Source: Calcarisporiella thermophila CBS 279.70
Lineage: Eukaryota > Fungi > Calcarisporiellomycota
Direction: 5' to 3'
DNA: 64,000 nucleotides
Assembly: GCF_041956535.1 (NCBI RefSeq)
Contig: NW_027192202.1
Coordinates: forward strand, 33,259 to 97,258
The notes below the pieces were generated by a model that had not been told where the DNA came from, ran no database searches, and saw only the letters and a list, made by a program, of their open reading frames with translations. Every line of letters begins with the position of its first letter. The stretch's first letter is position 1. This document shows positions 15,654 to 26,139 of the stretch, piece by piece. A program made the position numbers and the translations under genes.

Positions 15654-17518
15654 ATGAGCTTGACATCAGTGTTCGAGGATGTTAACGAGATTTGGATGAG
15701 GATGGGTGAGCTGGTAGAAGAAATGGATCATATAACAAATGCTGTTGACTATACTCACTCTCGTCTCATCCATTGCATTCCGCTCCCTTCCCAAAGAACC
15801 TCCGGCAATCCGGCTGCAAGTCATCAAACTGAACCTTACGAATGCATTGACACACGCGGCAGCAGCGAGTGTCTTGACAATCACTTGGAGCTAGTGCATT
15901 CTCCAAGGTCCATGTTCAATACCAGTTTGAGAATTCGCATCCACCTTTGCACCATCAACGATTTAAATAGCTTCCTTCGCGGCTATATCAACAGCTGCCC
16001 CTCCACCATAATTCCCTTTTCCCCGCCACGTTTACTGCGACGTCTCGATTTTGAGCGCTTCAGCTCCTCGGAATCCCTCCATGATTCATTCAATAGTGAC
16101 AGAATGGTTCCAGACCGGCTCTCTGAAGAAGCTTTGATCAACAATCCTCATGCACGCTTCCTTTTTCAAACCTATCTTTCTCCCAAATGCTTCCCCAATA
16201 TTTGCCATGTCAATCGGGACCTTATGACGGAGGATTTTCTGTGCGGCAAACTAGAACCTGCCTTTTTATATTCGGCCATCGCTCTCGCTGCCCAGCACGT
16301 CTACTCATGCCATGCAGATGCGGCCTGTAGAGAGGAGCTGCTGCGGGTGGCGGAGAGCTGCTTCGAGGAAGCAAAATACTCAATTCGAGAAATTTTTGAC
16401 GAGCCAACCGAGGCAACCGTATTGGCATCCTACAATTTGTGTATGTATCTGTTTGAGATCTTCTGTGTCCAGGAGGGATATGTCTATCTTGGCCATGCCA
16501 TCTCAATGGCCCGACAGCTCGACATCGACTGGGATAACGCGTCTGAGCAGGATCCCGTACGAAGAGAGGGAAAGCGACGATTGTGGTAATACCAGCTCTG
16601 CCAATTTAATGTCACAATCAGCACCACTTATTCCTTTAACTCTGCTTCCCTATGTTCTCCCCTCGTCTCCGTCTTGATAGGTGGTCACTGTATGCATCTG
16701 AAGTTGCGTATTCTCTCTTTGCTAGAAAAACTCTATCCATGTACGCGCCCGTTAACCTGGAAATCTACCAACCCGAGCCTCTTCCCGGAGAAGGAGAAGA
16801 TGATATGGACTCTTTGGTAAGCAACCTTGATCAAACAGGCTTGTCTACATTTATTACTCAATGACGAAAACTTTTCTCCTGATTCTTTTTTCACTAGCGT
16901 TTCACTATTGATCTGGTAGAATGGTACACTTTACTACTCAATATTCCACCGCTTGACCTTTCAAGACCGGATAGAGACATCCTCACCACCCTATCGTTTA
17001 TCTGCACTTCCCTTGGCCAATATCTCCCTCCCTCTAACGAAAATAACCTCGAAAGACTGACAACGCTCACCCCCCTCGATCTCTTCTTCGAGTCCATTTA
17101 CTGGAGCGCATGGGGAAAGATCTGGCTTAACCTCCTAGATCTCAAAAAATCCGGGCTTGCTCCCGAGCGTCTTAAAACGCCAGTGATACGAGAGCTTCTT
17201 ATTATAGCGATGAATGAGTGTGCCCAGGCGGCAAGGCACATTTCCACCATTCTTCGTGAATCTTCCCGGCGAGATATAGGGTGCTCCATGGTTCCTATTG
17301 GGTCAAATATCATTGCTTGCCAGATCCATCGCTTTGTCATTTTCCATCATCCAAACCCTAAGGCGCGCTTCATTGCCCTCCAGCATCTCGCCGAAACCAA
17401 TCGTATTCTGCATTCAACGCCCTTTTCCCTTCGAAACTGTACACGGGGCCAGTTGAAAACTTTCCAAGGAATCTACCACAATGTACGCGCAAAGTTGAAT
17501 ATCTCTGTAAATTCTTAA
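15654..17518 (+). CDS. Fungal-specific transcription factor domain (Fungal_trans/MHR) protein; no intact Zn2Cys6 domain seen
   Basis: FLYSAIALA, YVYLGHAISMARQLDID and RREGKRRLWW.LY motifs across introns. Confidence 0.75.
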
Positions 17519-18078
17519 CCCTTAATTGTCCTCGCCTATTGTGTATACTTTAATTAATACAAACAAATCGAGAAATCAGTTTCAAATTGGCATTTATTTT
17601 ATCTTCAATACCTCGATAATTTCCAGTAGAGGGTGGATGAAATATTACTATAGCTAAACTAAAGCATCTACCACAGATTTTAGGGATAAACTATCCTGGT
17701 TTAAGATACACTGGCGCATCAAAATTCGAAACTGAGAGGGGTGTAAAAATACACTTTACTATCTTTTTATTTTACTATTCTATCTCTTCTATGGAACTAA
17801 CTATGCCATTTCTAGTGCATATCAGCCCCTGCCTCGATCAATGACTTTATGATTCAAAATAACGATTTGTTGCAGCATCATGTAACGGTGTTCTGCCAGA
17901 CTAATCCTGGATATTTACATTTGTCCCAGTCTCGATAGAAGTCAGAGCTACTTGACTGTACCTGGGCAGCATTTAGCCACGTTAGTTACATAAGCAAGAT
18001 CAACGCCGTGTACTGTCGGCACACTAATCGAATCAACAACATACCCGTTCGACACAGAGCTCAACCGGGTGCTAGACG

Positions 18079-18975
18079 TCATCGTAGGTGGCCGTATTGT
18101 TGCCTTACAATGAGTCGTCTGCCGAAAACAATTGATCTTCTGTCTTCTCTACGCCCGGCCGTCCTAAAAGGCGGATCTAGAACAATATGGCACTGTAAGG
18201 CAGCTGCACGGTTCAGACTGTACTCAGTGCATTCTTGCGGGTGTTGTTCATAGATATGCATACCGCAGTGGATGGCCAAGGCCGTCGTTAGCTGTGTCCA
18301 TGATAAATCACCATATTCAAGCACATAAGTGTTTATTACGCAACCCCCACATAGATCGTCAAACAATTCAGCTCCATAACGTGCGTGATAGCCACCTCTT
18401 GGTTGCTGTAAGCGACCTCCGTGAATGCACGCCTCGCCGGAGTGCAGACGCCCGCCGAATGCTTCTATGGCTGTTGAGAAGACAATTGATCGCCTATCAA
18501 CACTACACACAGCCTCTCCCAAGTCTTCGTGATAAGCCCGATCAAGCTCCTGGCCACTTGTGAATGGGCTCTCACTGTCACCAACGGCAATCATGTCAAC
18601 ACTGGGAGGAATAGATAGTTGGAATTGGACCAATCTTCCCCTTCTTACATCAAATAAACACGCTCATGGCTCGTAGTTTTCTCCCCGGTTATGACACACA
18701 ATCTCCCTGACTATACATTCGCCAGCATTATCTCCATCAGATGTCACGAAGCTGTCATATCCTTGTGCTTTTGCAGTTTCCGCTGAGTCCGCAAGTTTAG
18801 AAATTAGCTCAATAAGAAATGAATTGAATCTAGAATCCTCACTATCCTCAGTGAGAGTGGATGTTTTTGATGTGTATTGACTGGCCGCATCAACCAGCTA
18901 TCGCCACATCCTTCGCTGCTGTTCAATTAATTCGTTGAACAAAGCACAGCTTAACAATGCCTGCTTGGTTGCCAT
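18079..18975 (-). pseudogene. Intronless orphan pseudogene of unknown family (about 298 codons, two in-frame stops)
   Basis: Single frame from ATG 18975 to TGA 18079, broken only by TAG at 18900-18898 and TGA at 18666-18664; coding-like sequence continues in another frame to about 17820. Confidence 0.5.
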
Positions 18976-19169
18976 TGGAGAGTAGTGTGGTATGGTAATG
19001 GATGAATTTACTTGAAGTTTTCTCTGAATAAAGAGTTTTTTGATATACTTTTTGAGATACTGATGAATACTTAGTCACAATAAATTGGAGTAGGCACCGA
19101 TTCTAGCGGCTTCTTCAGAACAGAAAGCCAGAGAGCATGCCAAGGCAGAAGTCAGAATATAGGGAAGTT

Positions 19170-20500
19170 GCGCGGTTTCTTGGCAACTGGGAAAATCTCT
19201 TTTTGTCCCATTTCAGACCATTGAACACATTGGCTCCAGGATCGATACAAAGGAAACGACACTCAGACCTACCAAGGAAGAAGGGAAGAGACAAGCACGC
19301 ACAGCCATCAGATTGTGCAGCACAGGATCCACCACATCCAAGCAACTAGCGACATTCCTTGGAGAATCAAATGCTGCATGCCCTGAGATAATGCTAGGCA
19401 GACAGTTCTCGAGATCGCTCATGATGGCGCACATCAGAGCACTGAAAACCAATCCGGACTGGGTGTAACAGTTCCTAGGACTGTTGTGGATTCGAATTCC
19501 TTAATGAATTCAAGAGAACCGGTGAGGAAATTAATAAAAACATCAGAAATTAAATAAAGATGAATTTCTGGGAAATTACCTTAAAAACTCGTTTGCATGA
19601 ACATGTGATCAGTAAGTATATAAAAGGAAAGTGGTATTAATTATGAAAAGAGATGGAGGCTTGATCGTGTTATACTGGGACTCTCCATTTACCCTTCAGA
19701 GTGGAGCTCTAGAAGAATCGGACTGGTGGATAAAAGAACTCAACAGTAGCTTCAGACAGTGACTGGGGGCGAGTTACCAACCCCAAACCATAGGAGATCC
19801 ATGGTCACCAGTGGAAATTCAACACCACATTAACTGGAAGGAGCTCAAATCGATAGAACTCTGTCTACACTCCTTCTCGGCTTTGAAGGACAAGACACTG
19901 TGGATCAGAACGGACAGCACAACAACTTTAGCATATGTCAGTAAGTTTGAGAGAACACGTTCTCCTCAGCTCGACACACCGGAAAGAGTAGTATGGGCGG
20001 AGCGTCTATCTCAGCGCATTCATTTAATAGCAGAGCATATTCCGAGCTCCCAGAACACTGAGACGAATGTAGCGTCTAGTAAAATAAAAACAAGTCGATC
20101 ATTGTTCATTAACGATAGGGCATTCGCAAGAATCAAGAAACAGTGGGAGCCTCATACAATCGATCTCTTTGTGAACAGACTCGCGAATTGACTTCCTCGC
20201 TTCTTTTCCAGACATCCCAAAACAGGAGCAGCAGCGACGGACGTCTTAGCGCAGTATTGGCAGAAGGGGATCAACCCATATACCAATCCGAATTGGGCGC
20301 TGATAGCACGGATAATCCGCAAGGTAATCATCGAACAAATCAACTTGACAATAGTCACTGCATACTGGCCGCCATTTCAATGTTTCCCACTCTATTACAG
20401 ATGAAGGTAGCAGAACCATTCAAGGTCCGGTGGAAAACCATTTGTCTCGCGACAACTGCAAAGAACCATTCATTGAAGCTCAAATCTTGGTTTTTGACCG
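19170..20500 (+). mobile_element. Degenerate DIRS-type (tyrosine-recombinase class) retrotransposon remnant: RT C-terminus, RNase H and MT-like domain
   Basis: NWEKS.FVPFQTIEHIG..IDT...L..T.KQLATFLG (RT end); ASDSDWGA..W...E..HINWKEL..IRTDSTTTLAYV (RNase H); IDLF....N.LPRFFS..AAATDVL.Q.W....PY.NPNW.LI..II.KV (MT); stops and frameshifts; no recombinase found. Confidence 0.88.
19464..19674. mobile_element. Solo LTR (211 bp) inserted in the DIRS remnant
   Basis: Starts TGTAACA and ends TGTTATA (a decayed TGTTACA); flanked by 5-bp direct repeat CTGGG (19459-19463 and 19675-19679); removing it restores ...NPDW-DSPFTL; internal TATATAAAA. Confidence 0.85.
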
Positions 20501-21102
20501 CTTCCTCCCAGGGAGGAACTTCCCACAAAGGCTTCTTCATTCGATCTCTTCTACCGAAGAGACCGCACTTTCCTCGCTGACGTCTCTAATGTGCTTCTTT
20601 CAACGGAACCTGAGTGCATACGCTAGAGCCTTCTGCATCAGCGTGAAGCATGGACTGCTGATTTTCCTTGTCAATTTCGCTAGGCTTAAGCAAGAATTGC
20701 TAATTTACATGATATTCATCGATGTAAATTCAGAAGAGATTCAAGTAAATTTGACTAAGTGCGACTCTCAAGTCTGAATGTGGATAAAGTAGAGTACATT
20801 TACTAGAAGTGTGTACAAAAAATCAAATGATAAAAGTTAAAAAATTGGTATAAAGTATTTATGTAATCTTAACACAACACGATGAGGTTATCATAACCAT
20901 CAATACCCTTTCAAAACTTGAATTAGGAAAGATACTTATTAGGGCAACTGCGATTAGTAATAGAATAGTACGGAGTAATCTATGTTAAACAAATCTATGT
21001 TTAAACATGAACAATATGCAATTAGTACATTAATAATATTTTAATTAATTTAATATTAGTTTCTTACCACTTCTGGCATGCCTATGGTCATGTAAACTTG
21101 AA

Positions 21103-21261
21103 TTACTTTAAAACTCTCTCCGGCAAATCTGTCTTGATTTTGGCATCTTCGATATTTTTAAATGGTCTTTTGGATGTTATTTGGTCAACGTAAGCTTTCC
21201 AAACTCCTTCCATCCGGAGAAGGTCTCGATACTTTGCCGAATTAATGTCCAAGGGGCATTC
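21103..21261 (-). pseudogene. Helix-hairpin-helix (ComEA/HHH_3-like) coding fragment
   Basis: Translates as ECPLDINSAKYRDLLRMEGVWKAYVDQITSKRPFKNIEDAK, matching the IN.A...L..L.G.......I...RPF..IED pattern. Confidence 0.6.
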
Positions 21262-21294
21262 TACGGCATATATATATGCTCTTCCTGCAAACGG

Positions 21295-22433
21295 TCCACA
21301 AAGCTGGTTTGGATTTCCTTATGGATTTATCTCGGATTGCAGCAAATAGAACGCTAAAAAGGATAAGAGAGGATGAGATAGAGGAAGAGGCTGACGAAGG
21401 GTATGATGGTGAGAGATATATCCAGGTTCGGTATTTGAACGATACAAAACTGAACATCTTTAAGAGATTTAAAATTTCTCATCCCGATTTCAAGATATCA
21501 AAGTCAAAATTTTATTCTCTAATTCCGAAATATTTTAAGAAATCGTGTAAGAAAACGGATATATGTGAGGTGAGCGTCGAAGGCAAGAAGAACTTCGATA
21601 ATCTGTGCCGAATACAGCGAGAAATCCATAATGGTTGCACGGGAAACTGTTTCGCGGGAGATGTAGAGCTCTGTGAATGAGAAGTTACTGAAGAGGATAA
21701 AGGCCGACTCGAGCAGCTGAAGGAGAAAGTTGCTATATATACTTCCCACCAGCGCTTTGTTGAAGCGAGGAAGTCGATATTCGAGAAGAATTCCGGAGAA
21801 CTCAAGAACAAGCGAAGGCTTAAAATGGATTTCAAAGAGAATTTGCAATTGGGAGGCGGGCCAGTTGAGACTGGAGAAACCTTTTTCTCGACGCAACAGT
21901 GTTCTTTTTTGGGCATGGTGTTACTCTCACCCGACGGAAAGAAGAAATACTTTGGCTTCCACGCTTCCACAAAGCGCTGGTGGGAAGTATATATAGCGAC
22001 TTTCTCCTTCAGCTGCTCAAGTCGGCTTTTATCCTCTTCAGTAACTTTTTGTTCACAGTGCTCTACATCTCCCGCGAAACAGTTTCCCGTGCAACCATTA
22101 TGGATTTCTCGCAGTATTCGGCGTAGATTATCGGTGTTCTTCTTGCCTTCGACGCGTACCTCACCCATATCCGTTTTCTTGCATGCTTTCTTAAAGTATT
22201 TCGGAATTAGAGAATAAAATTTTGATTTAAATATCTTGAAATAAGGATGAGAAATTTTAAATCTCTTGATGATCAGTTTTGTATCGTTCAAATACCGAAC
22301 CTGGATAAATCTCTCACCATCATACCTTTCGTCAGCCTCTTCCTCTATCTCATTCTCTCTCTTCCTTTTTAGAGCTCTATTTGCTGCAATCCGAGATGAA
22401 TCCATAGGAAAATCCAAAAAAAGCTTTGGGCAC
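21295..22433. mobile_element. DNA-transposase remnant (Sola-like motifs) arranged as a large inverted repeat
   Basis: Plus-strand frame 21276-21960 (one TGA at 21678) encodes ISKSKFYSLIPKYFKK..KKTD.CE...H...MDFKENL; 21954-22433 is a reverse-complement copy of 21295-21775. Confidence 0.8.
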
Positions 22434-22868
22434 TAAAAAGTCAGGTGTATGAATAAACAAAATACCAATAAGAATTTTCTGAATGAATATTTACCAGGTT
22501 TACGCTTCACTGCTCGTTTTGTTTCTAGAGTGGGAGTTGAACCAATCTGTTTATTCGACTGCTCCCCATTCAGTCGTGTATCATCTGTGTATAATAGATA
22601 ATCGCAAATTAGTAGAGAGCAAGGAATGGTTTATAAACCAGACATTACCTTGCGAAGTAGACGATACAGATTTCGATTCAACTACCCGAGCAGCTCGCGA
22701 TTTGTTATTATTGTGACGGGGGGGTTTTAGTTGGAGAGAAAGATTTATCTCCGTATGATTTATTACAATTTCGAACGTATATATATCATATAAATGATGA
22801 CGTAACTACGTAAACAGAGATTAAGAAGATCTGAAAGTAATATATGTAGCAATTATCAAACCTAAAGC

Positions 22869-23195
22869 TCAGCCACCTAAGAAATTTCCGGGGTTAGGAA
22901 CTACAGAAAACAGCTTTTTTCTTAGCTCACTATTCTCACCTCTCTGTAGCACAGCAAGTTGACTTAGGGTATGACGATAAGGATTATCCATGTGTTCTAG
23001 TAAATGAGTATACAAAAGCATCCCATCTCTGGAATGAAAAAAGAATTGAGCAATGCTATCCAAATGTTCTTTGTAAGCAAGAGAAGATGAGGTAGCCTTT
23101 AAAGTCGCATTGCCATTTTTCCCTGTAGCATTTGGCAAGAAACGAGTCCCAAACTGGGAAATAAAACGAGGAATGGAAGTCGAAAGAGTTGCCAT
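22869..23195 (-). CDS. Hypothetical 108-aa ORF, possibly element-derived
   Basis: Open frame from ATG 23195; no recognisable motif. Confidence 0.25.
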   Translation of the reverse strand: MATLSTSIPRFISQFGTRFLPNATGKNGNATLKATSSSLAYKEHLDSIAQFFFHSRDGMLLYTHLLEHMDNPYRHTLSQLAVLQRGENSELRKKLFSVVPNPGNFLGG

Positions 23196-23285
23196 AATGA
23201 AGATAAAATCACGATATAATAGGTATATAGGCTGGTATAAATTCGGTATACAATTTTTGATATGAAAAATGCAAAGCAAAAGTTA

Positions 23286-23531
23286 TCGAGAAATATTACT
23301 TAACGAATTTTTGAAAGATATATTAACAGTTGCAGAAATTTTTGAAACCCTGATTCTGCAATATCTAAATCTAGTATGTCTGCTCAGGCTTGGAAACTCC
23401 CAAATTTTCGAGAATTATTACTTTAATTAACGAATTTTTAAAAAATACATTAATAGTTGCTGATATTTCTGAAACTCTGATTCTCCAATTTCTAAATCCA
23501 GTATGACTGCTCAGGCTTAGAATCTCCCATA
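23286..23531. repeat. Diverged tandem duplication, two units of about 122 bp
   Basis: TCGAGAA...TTAACGAATTTTT...CTGATTCT..AAT.TCTAAATC.AGTATG.CTGCTCAGGCTT...CTCCCA repeated at 23286 and 23408. Confidence 0.9.
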
Positions 23532-23600
23532 TATCATGTCCACGCTGATATATGAATAGCCTATTCTTTTTCTCTCGCGATCGAAAGATTGTCTATAGAA

Positions 23601-25230
23601 CTATTCCAACACCACTTTCAAAAAGCCCCGAATGGTAGGCCGCACCATCTTCTCATTATAGCGCAAAGCCGTTAACGCAAGGGCAAGCCCACTTGCAAAA
23701 AGGCCAATCTCGCCTCCCTCTCGGACGATGCGATAAAGCACAGGCTGATGCCGCTGGAGCACTGCTAGAACACGGCTCATGAAGGGGTTTGTGAGCAGGG
23801 CGCGATTTGCAACATAGAGCGCCATCTCGCCGCGGCGATGTTTATTCTCTATTAATACGGAGAGACCACACAGCCATGTCCCTAATACTACCCCAGCATA
23901 CTCAAGCCCATCATATTTGAGTCCAAGGACGGGACCAACCCGGGATCGTATTAAGCAAACCCCATACCACGAGAGCATAATGAAGGTGGCCAGGAAAGAC
24001 GAGGATCGAAAGGAACCTAAGAGTACTCGACGGAGTGAATCAATGGGATTCTGGACAAATTTACGGTGTCGGAAGAGAAGGCTTGGTAGAAGGTGCACTG
24101 GCAAATATATCTAATGTTGGTTCCACGTTGAGATTAGGTAACAGCGTCTACACAAATGAACTTGCAAAATGACCCTACCCCTAGCGATTTGATGAACCCT
24201 CGTCCCCAGATATACGCCGCATGTACTTCGCATCCACCCCTCAACCCCCCATGTACGACTCGACAAGACACCTGATCGTGAAGAATTGTATTTGCCAAAT
24301 CCCGCGGCATTCCGCGCTCCTCAGCATAATCACACAGGAATTCTTCAAATCCTGTACGCTGACGATAGCGAATCTTCCCTTTCCGCATTAACCGGAGCGC
24401 CTCTAGGAGACGTACATCCATGTCGGCCATATTCGTGATCCACTTGGAATAAGATCTAAATTGGTGTTTAAAAATTAATACCATAAGCTTGATAGTTGTC
24501 TTATGAAAATATCCATTACTTTGGCAGTCTATTAGGTTCATAAAACCAGGCATACATCACTTCTTGACAACTTAACACCATAGCTATGGGAATAAGTCAG
24601 CATCCATATTAGCATAAGGATGTTTTAATCTGTGAAAATGGAGAGAAATTCACCTGCTGTGTCACCGTGCTCAAGTAACCATCCGGGTATATACCGCCGT
24701 ACCCGTGGCGAATGATATGCCATATGGGCCAAGACATCAAGCCCACGCACCATGGCGAATGTGGTCAACTCAGCCGTGTCTATTCGTCTTTTCAGAAATG
24801 CAAGCCCCACCGCAGCGCTCAGCCAAGCGCTCACAAATGTACGTCCGATGTCGGTGTGAGTCCATTCACGAAGAGTTCGCGCTTTGGACAAATCTATGGG
24901 GATATGATTCCTCTGTTTTAGTAGGAGTTCTAAATAGGTGTAGCCACCAAAAATAATGGACGAGAAGAGGGCGTAGGGCGATACTCCATTAGTTCCGAGA
25001 AGGCCATTGAGGAGAATGCGAAGTATCTGTCGTAGTAGCACTGAGGGGGATTTCCGAAGACGGATGAGGACCCCCAGGATACGTGGAATGGTGGCCGCTA
25101 GATAGCCTATACCGTAGGAACGCAAAAGGGTGCGGAGCAAAATGCGATGTTCATGAGTGAATTTTGATGTGCTCTTGCAAACGGGAGTAGCTGGGGAGAT
25201 AGTGTCTGGGGAATTAGATTCGGACTCCAT
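23601..25230 (-). CDS. TMEM135-family (peroxisomal/mitochondrial) membrane protein, 4 exons
   Basis: ELTTFAMVRGLD, SCQEVMYAWFYEP.RLP.SY.KWI, RSSSFLATFI and IENKHRRGEMALYV motifs. Confidence 0.85.
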
Positions 25231-26139
25231 ACCTCATCAGCTTGAGTGCTCAACCATCTAAATCTACTATGAAGTTTAATGTTGAGATGAAACAAGGTGA
25301 AATAAATTAGCCCCGCCGGAAGATTGGAAACACAAACTCGTGATTATGAATCTGCGTTCTTGAACTAAGCCCATCCAATTTTAATAGTGAATAAATAGTC
25401 ATACTGTGCGGTGTGATATTAGATACTGTCGACGAATTATGCGATAAAAAGGACACTGGCCATCACGCTCCCTTTGTTTAGGAATCTTCTCTGCCCGCTT
25501 CGAGGGCTTGCTAAAATTCGCGTGAGATGTATCAGGATAGCAGTTGTAGGTTTGTTTTGACAGTAGCATCCAAATTAGGATGATATCTGCCCGCTGTATC
25601 ACGTCCAGACATGCTGATGTAAATGTAATAGGGGGGCTTTTGTAGGGAGATCTACTCCATCCTATATTTGAGTTTTTCAATGAAGAGTATAGCCCTCGAG
25701 GCTGACTAATGGTCCCGGCGACTGTAAATTGCAAATGTAAATTAATAAGAATGCTTGGATCTGCCACTGCTTTAGTGGTCACAAAGTGGCATATGCATTA
25801 TAACCATCCCAATAATCTGTTTTATGCTTTCGATCCACTGGACATGATAAAAATGTCCATTTTGTGTATATTACTGGCATGAAGCATGTAAAGCGTCAAT
25901 AATGTGTTCGAATTCAAATCCATCATTTCAAATAAATACATAATATCAGAGTCCCATTTCGATGGGATACCGTGTGAAGTCAGGGTGATTGGCTAGTTAC
26001 TTTAAAGAATAAGGATCAAAGGATTTCCAATATTCGGTTTGAAGAAATATCTCAATAGTCGCTTGGGCTATTCCCAAATTTGCATTGCATTTTTAAAAGA
26101 TTAGCCCTTTAGTAAGAAATAAACAAAATGAAAAATCTG

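Noticed and set aside
18664-18900. In-frame TGA/TAG as selenocysteine or stop-codon reassignment
   Set aside because: Neighbouring conserved genes use all three stops normally, and the region lies in a decayed TE island; pseudogenisation is simpler
21512-22417. 301-aa minus-strand ORF taken as a real gene
   Set aside because: A chimera produced by the foldback: one arm in sense followed by the antisense of the spacer and other arm
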